From positions 363,533 through 427,532 of the forward strand of contig ML992515.1 in the NCBI GenBank assembly GCA_010093995.1: a stretch of DNA of 64,000 nt, in the 5' to 3' direction. Position numbers and translations under genes: made by a program. Source of the DNA: Elsinoe ampelina. Taxonomy: Eukaryota. The notes below the pieces were generated by a model that was given only the letters and a program-made list of their open reading frames with translations, was not told the origin of the DNA and did no database searches. Shown here piece after piece: positions 46,526 through 57,832 of the stretch; within the stretch, counting starts at the first letter, position 1, and each line of letters begins with the position of its first letter.

Positions 46526-47113
46526 GTGAAGTGGAAAAGAGAGTGAAAGTCGAATGTAAGGAAGCGGTCTTGCAATCAAGGACTTAGTCTTCATGTGGAA
46601 TGACAGACGAGTAAGTAGTCAAATCCCATGTCAGATTCAGTCCCACTCGTCCAATTCCCCCATAGATCCGAGGAACTCCCCTCCCTGTCTTGAGTCCACG
46701 AGCCGGTCACGATGATTGTAGAAGGGGAGCCAATCTTCTCCAGCAGGAGCAAAGGAATCACGAGAGATGCATAGCATCGTGTTACAGCCCGGGTTTACTC
46801 TGAGGAGGGACTGGGAACGTATGAGAAGTACAACACCATCAGAAGGAACCCCGATCTGTAGACAGCCGTCTGAAGATTCCAGAGCCGCATTTGCCGAACC
46901 TGCATGACCGTCACGTGCGACTCCAGCATCCTGGTAACAAAAATCCTGGCAGCGGCACACGGAAGACATCCGCCTTCCCGGACCATACAGCGCGACCGAG
47001 TGGGGCAAAACCGCCGACGGTGAGTGGTAGACAGAGCTATCACTCTTTCATTTTCACATCACCTCCCTACTTTGTCAATATCCACAACCATTATACGGGC
47101 TTCACTGGCAAGC

Positions 47114-48454
47114 ATGAGCACCCACACGAGATTCACCGAGAATGATGGCCAAGCCTATGCGTATGAATTCCACGACTACACTGCTCTGGGGGCTCCTTCT
47201 GGTGCGACTTGGGCTAGCCAGCGTGCTGGCCTTCTTGAATATGAGAGAAAGAAGGTCTTGAAGGAAGGGTGGAGAGCCATGTATGACTGGCTTGTGAGGA
47301 CACTGGCAGACCACGAGAAGCAGAAAAGAGGTGACTCACTAGTCATCGACCACCACGTCCTCTTGTCGCTGGAAGAAGAGGCCTTGTGCAGATCTCGGAT
47401 CCTCCATGCTGCTGCAAAGGTCGCGGAACAGAGCGCCTTCAACGGCGGCAGCATTCCCACGACAGATATCAACAAAGCCACTGGCCAGATGACAATCAAA
47501 AGCTCTCTACAGCCTTCAAAGCGCAGCGTTGCGCTCGATCAGACGAGCGGCAGCGCAGGCGAACACAACATAACGGATGCGGTTTTGATTGAGAGCTTGA
47601 ACACGCAGAAGGCACGACTCAAGATCCATGGCTTCAAGGAAGAGATCTCAATGCAGTCCAGTAGGATTCAGCACATGCTGACGGTTCAACGCGAGAGGCA
47701 TCAGAGTCTGTTCGACGTCATGATCGCCGCACTTCTTGCTGCATTCGCCGCCGAGCAAGCTGGAGCCACGTTCCAGAAGGCTTTGAGCGACTGGTACATC
47801 AAAGAGGTTCAAGCGGCGGCGCTGAGTGGCCAACCATGTGATGGACGCAAGGTCGCCTTCCATGAAGAAGTGCGTGGGAAATCCGGCTCGGCCAACGCTG
47901 GTGCAAAGACCGGAGGCGAGGAAACAGACTATCTGGAAGATAATGGTTATTACGAGGCTCTGGAGGATTCGAGGGAGTTCGAGACCAGAATCACGACTAT
48001 GGTGAATGTACCCATGAACCTGCCGACCCGGGAAAGGCGTCAGCAGGTGCTGGCTCGTATTCAGCAGCTGTTCCGCAGTTCAACTCCAGCTGTTGAAGCA
48101 CCACCACCTCCTCCTCCTCCTCCAGAGCCGACACCGCAAGAGCGATACATCGCCAGGAGGAAAGCGTGGATGGAGCAACACAGGAGGAAGCCGATCGACT
48201 TCGACACGCCTGTCAAAGCCGAAGACAGGCTCCCACCCCGCTCTCCCCTTAATTTCAAAGGCGGGAGGCACCCTATCCAAGACCCATGGGAGCGTTTTTT
48301 GTGGGACAACTTTGACGACATCACCGGCGGTCCCATCATCAAGCCGCATCGGACCAAGGAGGAAATCGCCGAGGATATAGCGGGCGTGAAGCAGGCCTAC
48401 TACGACTCCCAGGCCGCGCACCGCTTCCGCATGAGGCACCAGTTCGGGCTGTGA
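47114..48454 (+). CDS. Orphan hypothetical protein (446 aa from first ATG), helical with poly-Pro linker
   Basis: Long intact ORF with coding-like composition; no recognisable motif. Confidence 0.65.
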   Translation: MSTHTRFTENDGQAYAYEFHDYTALGAPSGATWASQRAGLLEYERKKVLKEGWRAMYDWLVRTLADHEKQKRGDSLVIDHHVLLSLEEEALCRSRILHAAAKVAEQSAFNGGSIPTTDINKATGQMTIKSSLQPSKRSVALDQTSGSAGEHNITDAVLIESLNTQKARLKIHGFKEEISMQSSRIQHMLTVQRERHQSLFDVMIAALLAAFAAEQAGATFQKALSDWYIKEVQAAALSGQPCDGRKVAFHEEVRGKSGSANAGAKTGGEETDYLEDNGYYEALEDSREFETRITTMVNVPMNLPTRERRQQVLARIQQLFRSSTPAVEAPPPPPPPPEPTPQERYIARRKAWMEQHRRKPIDFDTPVKAEDRLPPRSPLNFKGGRHPIQDPWERFLWDNFDDITGGPIIKPHRTKEEIAEDIAGVKQAYYDSQAAHRFRMRHQFGL

Positions 48455-49754
48455 GGCGTGGAGGAAGAGTGGAGTGAGCTCTAGTCTGCATAGGAGCAGT
48501 AGATGAAAAGTGAATGTAGTTATGGCCTTGCTCTTGCATCGAATCCAGGCATCTGATGTCAAACGTCTCTTCCAGGACCACCTTCGTGCGCTGCTGACAG
48601 CCGGGAATTACCACCCGTAACGATGACGCGCTGTATTTCCCACGCCATAGCGCCGAACCACGTGGTATGCTAGTTGACGATGCGATTGAGGCGTTCCAGG
48701 TGGCCCCTCAGTTGGGGCTGGTCGTGCGCGGTGCAGGATGGTGTAGGATGATGTGGGAGATACTACCACTTACGCAGCTAGTTGTAGTATGAAGCCTTGT
48801 GGCTACGCGAAGCCTTCTCGACATGGGAGACTGATTTCGATGCGATGCGCAGACATCCCCAGCAGAAGTACCAGGTGCTTAGCATGTGGTAGTACTTGAT
48901 TGCTGGCCTCGCCGGGAATTTTCAGTCATCGTCAACATTTCAAAGACCAGAGTAGAAGATCGGTGCAGAAGATTCCAAGCAGATACTACCAGGTGCGTAG
49001 TATGTAGTAGTGTCAGATCGCTGGCCTCGCCGGAAGATGTCATCTATGGTCATCGTCCTCAAGATTGCAGCAGCACATCCCCAACAGATACAACCAGACA
49101 AGATGGAGTGGATGCAGATGGGCAGGTCTGCATCAGACCTCTTTGCTGGTGTGATGGTGATCCCTACCGGGAGAAAAGCTGAATGTACTACCAGTACCGT
49201 AGTCCTTCGTGTAGGACTTTGCACGAGCGTTGAGAAGTGCACCACCTGGCAGGTATTCAAGCAAGGGATACAAGCGCCCTGGAGCAGTCAAGCGTCCTGT
49301 CAGCCTTGAGAAATCCATTACGAGCGATGTCATATTCGCTTCAGTGACATCTTCGCCTCTAGAGGTGGCAAACGGGCACAAGCGTCGGATGCCAACCCAT
49401 TGCCAATTCACAGCTAGTCCAGAACAAAGGACTCGGGCCAGTGTCGAGGTAACCAATTGTCATTTCGGATCAACTGCCAGGTCTGACCATCCTGGTCGGA
49501 ACAGGGTGGTGGTATCTGGGAGCTGTCAAGGGTGCAAAACCTGGGATCGAGCAGGCACTGATCACAAGGAGCAAGGAGGTGGAAGTGAAGCCCGATGTAG
49601 CAGAATGCAAAGCCGGATAACAAGTCACACGTTCCAGATCAAATTTCCTGATGTGACCGCGTAGGGATTGGCCAATCGGCATGTATTCAGTGATTCCTGC
49701 GAACCATCAGGCCGGCTATACACTGCAATCGATACAAGGCGCACGTCAGACCTT

Positions 49755-50447
49755 TCAGTACAACACCCCCTTCGTACTCGGCACCTCCCCCTCCCTCCCC
49801 TTGACCCTACTCGTAGCCATCCTCGTCGCCACCGCCAACGCCTTGAACGCACTCTCCGCCCTATGATGATCATTATCCCCTCTTATACAATCCACATGCA
49901 TCGTCACCCCGGCCCCCTGACTGAAGCTCTGCAGACAATGCGGTATCATCTCACAGCTCAAATCCCCCAGCTTCTCCCTCTTCAACCCCAACTGCGCAAC
50001 GCAGAACGGCCGATTACTGATATCCACCACCGCCCTCGACAACGCCTCGTCCAGCGGCGCATACGCATACCCAAATCTCGCAATCCCAGCCGTCGACCCC
50101 AGCGCCGTCTTGAACGCCTGCCCGAGAGCAATGAACGTGTCCTCCGCCGAGTGGTGGTCGTCGATGTGCAAGTCGCCTTTGCAGACGAGCTGGAGGGACC
50201 AGCCGGAGTGCTTGGCCATGGCGTGGAGCATGTGGTCGAGGAAGCCTATGCCGGTGTCTATCGAGATGGACTGCGAGGCGGAGGATTGTGAGGCGTGGGA
50301 TTTGGTGCCATTGGCTGTGGAGGGAGAGGTGGAGTCGAGGGAGGGGAGGGGGGAGAGGGCGCCGCCGTCGAGGTTGAGGGTGAGGACGATTTTGGTTTCG
50401 TTGGTGATGCGTTGCAGCGTTGTGCTGCGGGCGGGGAGGTCGGCCAT
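49755..50447 (-). CDS. HIS3: Imidazoleglycerol-phosphate dehydratase
   Basis: [60 protein letters not shown] signatures; ATG at 50447. Confidence 0.98.
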   Translation of the reverse strand: MADLPARSTTLQRITNETKIVLTLNLDGGALSPLPSLDSTSPSTANGTKSHASQSSASQSISIDTGIGFLDHMLHAMAKHSGWSLQLVCKGDLHIDDHHSAEDTFIALGQAFKTALGSTAGIARFGYAYAPLDEALSRAVVDISNRPFCVAQLGLKREKLGDLSCEMIPHCLQSFSQGAGVTMHVDCIRGDNDHHRAESAFKALAVATRMATSRVKGREGEVPSTKGVLY

Positions 50448-50497
50448 GTTGTGGAGTTTGAGATGGGTGGTGTCGAGCAATCGGGCGTGGTGGTTGA

Positions 50498-50503
50498 GAG
50501 TCA
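50498..50503 (-). promoter_or_regulatory. Possible Gcn4/CpcA cross-pathway control element (TGACTC) ~50 bp upstream of HIS3
   Basis: GAGTCA on + strand in the short HIS3/RPC19 divergent intergenic region; HIS3 is a classic Gcn4 target, but a 6-mer can occur by chance. Confidence 0.3.
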
Positions 50504-50670
50504 GGTCGAGATAAACTTTCTTGAATGTCCGTGCTTGGAGATTCGGCGCCGAGAGATTTGCGGAACAGATCCGCGATAAGATCATCTCAAGGTTTTTGCC
50601 CGCATTTTCATTGGCGGCATCAGGTCGAAGTGCATATTTTGGTCATCTGAAGGTCGAGTCTGCAGTGAAG

Positions 50671-51224
50671 ATGTCGGACACGGAGATGAGAGACGCAAAT
50701 GCTGGTGCAGAGGATAATGCATCGGTGGCGGACCGACCCAGCGAGAAGAATCGCATTCGAGTGGTGAGAATGGTTTAGTCGAAGCTGCATTCATAGTCTG
50801 ATATCAAACAGCTGCCTGGATCGACAGACACGGCTGCTTCATTCGAGTTTGAGAAGGAAGACCACACATTGGGCAATGCCCTCCGCTATATCATCATGAA
50901 GAAGTATGCATCTCTGCCGATTTCGCCTTCGATCACCAGTGAACTGACACCACGATAGCCCGAACGTCGAGTTCTGCGGCTACTCAATACCGCATCCTTC
51001 AGAAGAGCGCATGAATCTGCGTATCCAAACTTGGGGTAAGGCTTTCCCAAACTTACGGCCTTCGTCCGCACTGCTAACCCCTTCCAGATGATGTTAGCGT
51101 ATACGATGTGCTAGAACAAGGCCTTCAAGATCTCGCAGATCTGTGTGATGTGGTCATTGAGAAGTTCACGGAGTCAAGGGACGAGTATGAAGCTGCCAAC
51201 CCAAGGGCTGAGGTAGCGGCATGA
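50671..51224 (+). CDS. RPC19: RNA polymerase I/III shared subunit AC19 (RPAC2), three introns
   Basis: Spliced exons give [51 protein letters not shown] introns with ctga/ctaac branch sites. Confidence 0.93.
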
Positions 51225-51317
51225 TTGTTGGAAACGCTGGGGATGCAGTCGGAGTTGCAGGGTTCTTGACGATGATTTTGCAATTGCAGGCGTTTCCTAG
51301 AGTCTGTACATGATACC

Positions 51318-51956
51318 CTAGTTTCTTCCCTGTCATGTACTGTCAGTGGTGTGGCGCATGCAAGGACTGAGAACGACTGACCTCTAAAAATCCCTGAATG
51401 AAGTTCTGCGGTAACCGGGACTTTGGATCCTCCTCTGCCCTGAAGTACTTGAGGACGTGCGTAAGCTGCTTCCAGTAATTCATCGTCTCCTGTATCAAGT
51501 CTCAGTTTCGCGTTGTATGTGCAAGCCGACTGTGCTTGCGCCGCGGTCCGTGGACACCTAGCATACCTGGTATTCTTGATGCGAATTGAAAATGAGCACA
51601 TCTACCGTCTTAAGCTGCTGAACGTATCGGTGCCTCTCGAATTCTTGTCGGATCTTGGTGCGAATGGCGGAGACTGGCATGTCGAGGGAGTACATCTGTT
51701 GGATCTCTGGCGCCTTGACGTAGTCAGTTTGTGCTCGGACAGTACTCGTACAGCTCTTCCAATCTACTGATCCATTCCACCCAGTATTCATGTCGGCGTA
51801 CGTACTGCTCTAACCCAGTCTCTGTATGAGTTCAAGACTCGCTTGCTCGCATCCTGCCAGTTGACCGCTGCCTCGGTGTCAGTGCCGATCAGCCAATGTA
51901 GAGCCGTGATACTCACACGAGCGCGTACGCTGCGCCAGATATGTCGGATTGATCAT
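51318..51956 (-). CDS. NDUFA6: Complex I accessory LYR-family subunit NDUFA6 (B14 / 14.8 kDa), multi-intron
   Basis: [13 protein letters not shown].., [51 protein letters not shown]. Confidence 0.92.
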
Positions 51957-52171
51957 CGTTCCAGTCGTGAGTCGATAGTCATCCAGTAAACAAGGAGCAC
52001 ATGTGCGAGGTGAGGTTGAAGCCGGAGACAGGTCTTGGCATTCCCGAAGCCGACGTCGAAGATTCATCCCACCTTCTTCCCATTCATGAATACCTGACGA
52101 CAACACCATCCGATTACTTCAGGGCTGCTTGATTGGCAATTCGATCTGTCTGCTCGCATATCCTCGCCAGA

Positions 52172-52818
52172 ATGCCCGCCATACGCTCAGCTCGCAACCG
52201 CAAACCACCTCCCGAAGGATTCGACGACATCGAAGACACCCTCCTCGAGTTTGCCAACAAGATGAAGGACGCCGAAAACGCATCGCATGAAGGGAAGAAG
52301 AAGCACGAGACGGTCTGGCCAGTCTTTCAGATCACACATCAGCGTGAGTGAACACTGCAATCACCTTTCGATTGAGTCGAAGCATACCATCATTCGGCGG
52401 GGTCGGGACGAAGGACCGTCTGCTCTGGCATTTAGTGGGGGGTCTCTGAGGTCTGTCTATAGCTTTCTTGACTTCTTCCTGTTCTCCAAACTCATCATAC
52501 TGCTTACTCAACCTCGACGAACTAGCGCTGACGTTCCGCACAGGCTCACGCTACATTTACGATCTCTACTACGAGAAGGAAGCAATCTCAAGACAGCTGT
52601 ACGACTGGCTACTGAAGAATGGGTACGCCGACGGCAATCTCATCGCCAAGTGGAAGAAGCAAGGGTACGAGAAGCTGTGCTGTCTTAGATGCATCCAGAC
52701 TAAGGAAACCAACTTCAACTCGACATGTATCTGCAGGGTACCGAAGAAGCAGATGAAGGAGGAGCAGAACATCCAGTGCGTCAGTTGCGGGTGCAGGGGC
52801 TGTGCGAGCTCGGATTGA
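52172..52818 (+). CDS. BUD31: Splicing factor Bud31/Cwf14 (G10 protein), one ~200 nt intron
   Basis: [61 protein letters not shown]. Confidence 0.97.
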
Positions 52819-53540
52819 GGTCGCTATCTTGGACACTGGTGTTGCGATCCAAGGCTCCGGCTGCCGTGGTTGAGGAAATTTGGCACAACAGGGGAGGCCT
52901 ATCTGGCGGAGCATTTGCGGATCAGGACAGGGCGCGGCCAGGAGAGGAGAGGTCACGAGAGCATGCTAAATCCCGCGCCGGGAGCGCGCAAGCTGTTGGG
53001 TGGATGAGGGACTAGCGATCCATGTGGCAGGTTCAGCGGGATGGAAATCATGGTTGCTTAGAGCTCACTACACCAGTACACGGCCAAAGGAAGCATTCAC
53101 GAATTGACGGAAGGACAGCTTTGGTTAGCCAGTAGCTTTATCTGCGTTACGTAGAGCATCTGGCTGTTACGAACCACCAGCTTAGCCGCTATGAACTACC
53201 AGCTGTCGTGCAGTGCAATCAGTACCCCTCTTCCCGTGAGAGCCGCGACACCATTCGCTGACCACAATCAGCACATCCTGCCACCCATCATGCTATCAGA
53301 AGTAGCTTCTCCAATACGCCACAATGTATGCCCAGGTACAACCTCTCTGGCTGATCCTTGACTCTCAAACCCAAGCTGCACTATCCTGCCTCTCATCCAG
53401 CGCGCCGACCTGCCCAGCGACATGAACCGGAGTCTGCCCAGCGACCTGAACAGGAGCCTGCTCGACCCTCACCGTCGGGGTTCTCACCGGAATCCTGTAA
53501 CACATCAGCCCTGCTCCCTCCCCTCTGTCAAAGTAGAAAC

Positions 53541-53945
53541 TCACCCCAACAACCCCTTCACCTCCCTCACCCTCCTCTCTACCTCCCCCTCACGCTTCTT
53601 ATACTCCCCATACTGCACATAAGTCAAATACCCCTCCGCCTCCTTAATCCCCTTGATCTCCTCCCCAAACAACTCAATCGTCTTGGTGGCATCGGCGACT
53701 ACCACGGCGATGTGGTCGCGCGTCTGGCGGATGATGTCCTCGCGCGCGCTGATCTGGAGCTCGATCTGGTCGGTCTTGGCGATGTGGGCGTTGAGGTGGG
53801 CGGATTCGGCGAGGAGGAGGTCGAGTTCGAGGCGGAGCTCGGAGGGGGTGGGGAGCGCGGTGAGTTCGGCTGACTCTGGGGTGGTGCTTGGGGGGCCGGA
53901 GGGGGTGGGAGGGGTGGTGGGTTTGGGGCGGGTGAAGCAGGACAT
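53541..53945 (-). CDS. Small hypothetical coiled-coil protein (MSCFTRPK...)
   Basis: ATG 53945, Pro/Thr-rich start then heptad-like helix; codon pattern like neighbouring genes. Confidence 0.55.
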   Translation of the reverse strand: MSCFTRPKPTTPPTPSGPPSTTPESAELTALPTPSELRLELDLLLAESAHLNAHIAKTDQIELQISAREDIIRQTRDHIAVVVADATKTIELFGEEIKGIKEAEGYLTYVQYGEYKKREGEVERRVREVKGLLG

Positions 53946-54446
53946 TGTACTTGGTGTTGTTGGTGGTTTGGTTGATGGTAAGCGATGCGTTAGTAAGTAC
54001 GGCGATGGCGCAGTGGAGCGGTGAGGTTGTGAGCTGTTGTTTTGATGCCGAGCTGAAGAGAAGAGGTGGGAGATGTGATTCAAGTGGTGAAAAACCTGAT
54101 TCATGATTGTTGACGTGGCTAGTGATCGGACGATGCCGTCACTTTCACATGTCAGGACGTGAATGCACCTGAGCGACACTACTGGTAGGATCGCCTTGGT
54201 CGATACACATGATGCTGCTCTGCGAAGCTCAGTCAGTTACCGGCCTTCAAGCTCCATAAGATACATGAACCTTCCGATGCTGCAGATATGTTTGCCACCA
54301 AGGAATGGCTATCGGTGACAACAATTGCTGCACTGCCAAGATTCATAAAGAGAATAGGTACTCACTCTCTGCCCATCCCGCCACATACATCCCTCGCCAA
54401 CCCATTCGACATCCCAACCACTAATCCCTAGACGTCCTCGCCTTCA

Positions 54447-55433
54447 TCACTTAAACTCCCTCCACACTTCCCCTACCACCTTTCCTCCTCCATCAAACCT
54501 CACGCCCTCCGCCCTCAACATCTCCCTCTTCGTCTTCGCATGCTTGCCTCCCTCCCCCCACTCCCCTCCAAACCCGCCAATCTTCCCTCCGGTTGCCAGC
54601 ACCCGATGACACGGTACCACCGGCGCGAACGGGTTGTTCCGCATGGCATTCCCCACTGCTCGGGCGCAGGTCTTGTGTGATGTGGCGGAGATGTGGTCCG
54701 ACATGGCTTGGTAGGTGGTGTATTTGCCTGGAGGTACTTGGCAGAGGAGGGTGAGGATTTGTTTGCGGAAGGGGGTTAGATTGCTATGCTTGATGAGGTC
54801 CAGCGGGGCGCCGTCGGGGTATGTGGCGTTTGTGATGGGGTTGCGGCGTTCGGAGGAGGATGGTTGCTGTTGTGAATGCTTGGAATCTGTGGGTGGCGTG
54901 GGTTCGGCTTCGGACTTGGGCGAGGGGAGGAAGTAGGATGATACTTTCTTGTCGTCCTTCTTGGGCTTTTTAGGACTCTTCTCTGCGTCGTTATTCCCAG
55001 GCGGCTCATGGTCTTCTACCTCCTTTCTCTTCTTGCCTTTGGCCTGAGTGTTTTCACCCTTGGTCACCTCTGCATTGGCTTCGCCCGTCAGACTACCTCC
55101 ACCCTTCTTCCCAGTGACCTTTGACGCCTTTCCCCTTACTTCCAGACTCCGTTCATCAAGCTCCACCAGCCCCGCCTCACCCTTTGCGATCTTCTCCCCC
55201 AACTCGATCGCTTCCCTCAATTGATCTTCAGACATATTCTTATATGCCGGAGACTTGATGACTTGATTCCAAGGCTTATCCTTGCCGATCACGTTGTCCA
55301 GAATAATGCGAGCGAAGCAGTGGTCTAGCACAACTGGCCATTTGGGTTGCGAGGGATCCTTTGCTTTTGCCAGAGAAGGGAGACGGGTCTTGTAGAGTGC
55401 ATTCCATTCTTCTTGAGGTTCACTCAACGACAT
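54447..55433 (-). CDS. MGT1: O6-methylguanine-DNA methyltransferase with an extra N-terminal domain
   Basis: C-terminal ARAVGNAMRNNP..VVPCHRVL active-site motif; N-terminal WPVVLDHCFARIILDN domain; Lys-rich linker. Confidence 0.9.
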   Translation of the reverse strand: MSLSEPQEEWNALYKTRLPSLAKAKDPSQPKWPVVLDHCFARIILDNVIGKDKPWNQVIKSPAYKNMSEDQLREAIELGEKIAKGEAGLVELDERSLEVRGKASKVTGKKGGGSLTGEANAEVTKGENTQAKGKKRKEVEDHEPPGNNDAEKSPKKPKKDDKKVSSYFLPSPKSEAEPTPPTDSKHSQQQPSSSERRNPITNATYPDGAPLDLIKHSNLTPFRKQILTLLCQVPPGKYTTYQAMSDHISATSHKTCARAVGNAMRNNPFAPVVPCHRVLATGGKIGGFGGEWGEGGKHAKTKREMLRAEGVRFDGGGKVVGEVWREFK

Positions 55434-55920
55434 GATGTACGAAAAGCGTAGAGAGATATGGAGAGGCTGGTACCGGACAAGCGCGCAGCGTGTAGGTCGG
55501 AGCAGCAATGGTGAGACGGAGGAAGCGCGTGGTGACGGGATGCAAGACTTGCGTTGAACGACGGCTATGTCGATGAGACAAGACAGGCACAGTGCACGCT
55601 AATGTATCATGATCTAGAGTCGCTATGAGTCTGGGTCACTGCGAGTTCGTTGCTGTGGATGTTTTGAATGTTGCTACCGAAGTGACGAATCGCGAGGTGA
55701 GGTCGAAACGCGGGTGGGCGAACGTCATGTCGTGTCTCACGAACAGGTCGAACACTATCAACTCCAAACCAGCTGGAACGGTTCACAAATACACAAGAGC
55801 GAACTGGTACGAATTTTGGTGCGAGCAGTGCTCAAGCACAATGAATTTCACGTAGATGTCTACGGAGAAAGGAACGGTAGCCCGTGGCTCTTTTCGATCC
55901 ACCTCTTCGGCATCGCCAGC

Positions 55921-57832
55921 TTAAGCAGCAGCTGCGACAGTCTGCGCAACTTCGACCCTCTCCTTGTCAAGGATAGACTCCAAGACATTCAGAGGGTTGC
56001 CGGTCTTCATCTCCCTCACAACATCCTCCAAACCTAGCTGCTCATCATTCCACAGCGGCTCGACCTTGTCCTTGCCCTTCTCGCCAACGCCGATGAAACC
56101 TCCTTCGGCCGCCCAGTCACTTGTGCGCTTGATGTCAAGCTGCTTCCATACACTGTCGAGCGCTTGAACAAGGTGCTCGCGGTACTCCTTGACGTGACCT
56201 GGGGTCGGCGTGATGCGAAGTCGTTCTTGACCAACTGGCACGGTCGGGTAATTGATGGCCTGAACGTAGATGCCATGGTCCTCGAGTAACAGGTCAGAGG
56301 CCTTCTTGGCAACCTCGGCGTTTCCGACAAGCACAGGAATGATGTGGGATGGGTTCGGAATGACTGGAATGTCCAGCTCATTGAGCTGCTCCTTCACCGC
56401 ACGAGTGTGCAGCTGTTGAAGACGTCGATCACCCTGATATTCCATCTGATACTCGATCGCAGTCTTTGCACCAGCCATGGTGGCAGGTGGCAGAGAAGTG
56501 GTAAAAATGAAGCCAGGAGCGAGGGATCGGATAGTGTCGACCATCTTGGCAGAGCCTGCAATATAGCCACCAACGCAGCCGTAGGCCTTGCCGAGCGTCC
56601 CGGTGATAATGTCGACGCGATCCATGATAGTGCCCTTGGGCCTGCCCTCCTTGTGCGCTTCATAGTCGAGGTGCTCAGCGACACCTGCTCCCTTTGGTCC
56701 ATACATGCCGACCGCATGCACTTCGTCGAGGAAAGTGATGGCGCCGTACTTCTCTGCAAGATCGCAAATCTCCTCAATGGGTCCGATGGAGCCGCACATG
56801 CTATACACACTCTCGAAAGCGATGATCTTGGGAACATCCGGAGAAATCGATGCAAGCTTGGCTTCGAGATCCGCGACATCATTGTGCTTGAATACCATCT
56901 TCTTTGCCCCAGAGTGGCGGATACCTTGAATCATCGAAGCGTGGTTCATGCTATCAGAGAGGATGACACAGTTCGGGAACTTGCTTCCGAGAGTCGCCAA
57001 AGTCGCATCGTTTGCCACATAGCATGATGAGAAGACCAGAGCTGCCTCCTTAGCGTGTAGATCGGCTAATGTCTTCTCCAGTCCGACGGCATGCTGGTTG
57101 TGACCAGAAATGTTGCGAGTTCCTCCTGCGCCTGCACCGTATTTGTTCAGCGTCTCATGCATCTTGTTCAGAACGTGCGGGTTCCTGCCCATGCCTAAGT
57201 AGTCGTTGGAGCACCAGACAGTGACACGCTCTTCAGCATTGTGCATATGAGCACGCGGGAACTCCTCGGCCAGACGATTGATGTTATTGAAGTAGCGGTA
57301 AGACTTGTCCTTGTGTTTCTTGTCGAGCTCATTCTCATAGAAGGCGTTGTAGTCGAACTTGGGCACCTTGGGTGGCTGAGGTGGGCCCGCAGCAGCAACG
57401 CGCTGAGAAGACTCGTGCTTCACTTCGGGAATCTGGTGAACGGCAGGGAAGGGTGCTTGGAGAGTCAGCAACTTGCATAGCGGCGGACTCATTATACATA
57501 CTAAAGTCATGCTTCCTTCGCTCCGGTTCAACTGCACGGGCTTCCTGTCGCTGAGTCGTGTGCAGGCCAGCTCGGGGAACTCGAGAAGCGTAGGCGCGAG
57601 TACCTCCATAAGCACCGGAGAGGATCGAATTGGCAGACCTGGCAGATTGGACAGCCAAAGCCTTACCCATGACAGGGCAACGGCGAGCAACAATCTGCAA
57701 GTTGGACATCATTCCCCCTCCCGGGGAAGACTGCTTGACCGAGGCACTGGTGGAAAGCGACCTGAGGGTTGCAGGAGATGTCTTGCTCAGGAATGGGCAC
57801 ATTGAGCGCGACTGACGAAGTAGAGCCTCCAT
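55921..57832 (-). CDS. HEM1: 5-aminolevulinate synthase, mitochondrial; intron 57456-57501
   Basis: Presequence [22 protein letters not shown] (CP heme-regulatory motifs); [38 protein letters not shown]. Confidence 0.98.

Noticed and set aside
6000..49750. Starship giant transposon
   Set aside because: No tyrosine-recombinase (DUF3435 captain) ORF recognisable at either end and no typical Starship accessory genes seen; a captain-less derivative cannot be fully excluded.
49668..50291. 207-aa plus-strand ORF
   Set aside because: Antisense shadow of HIS3.
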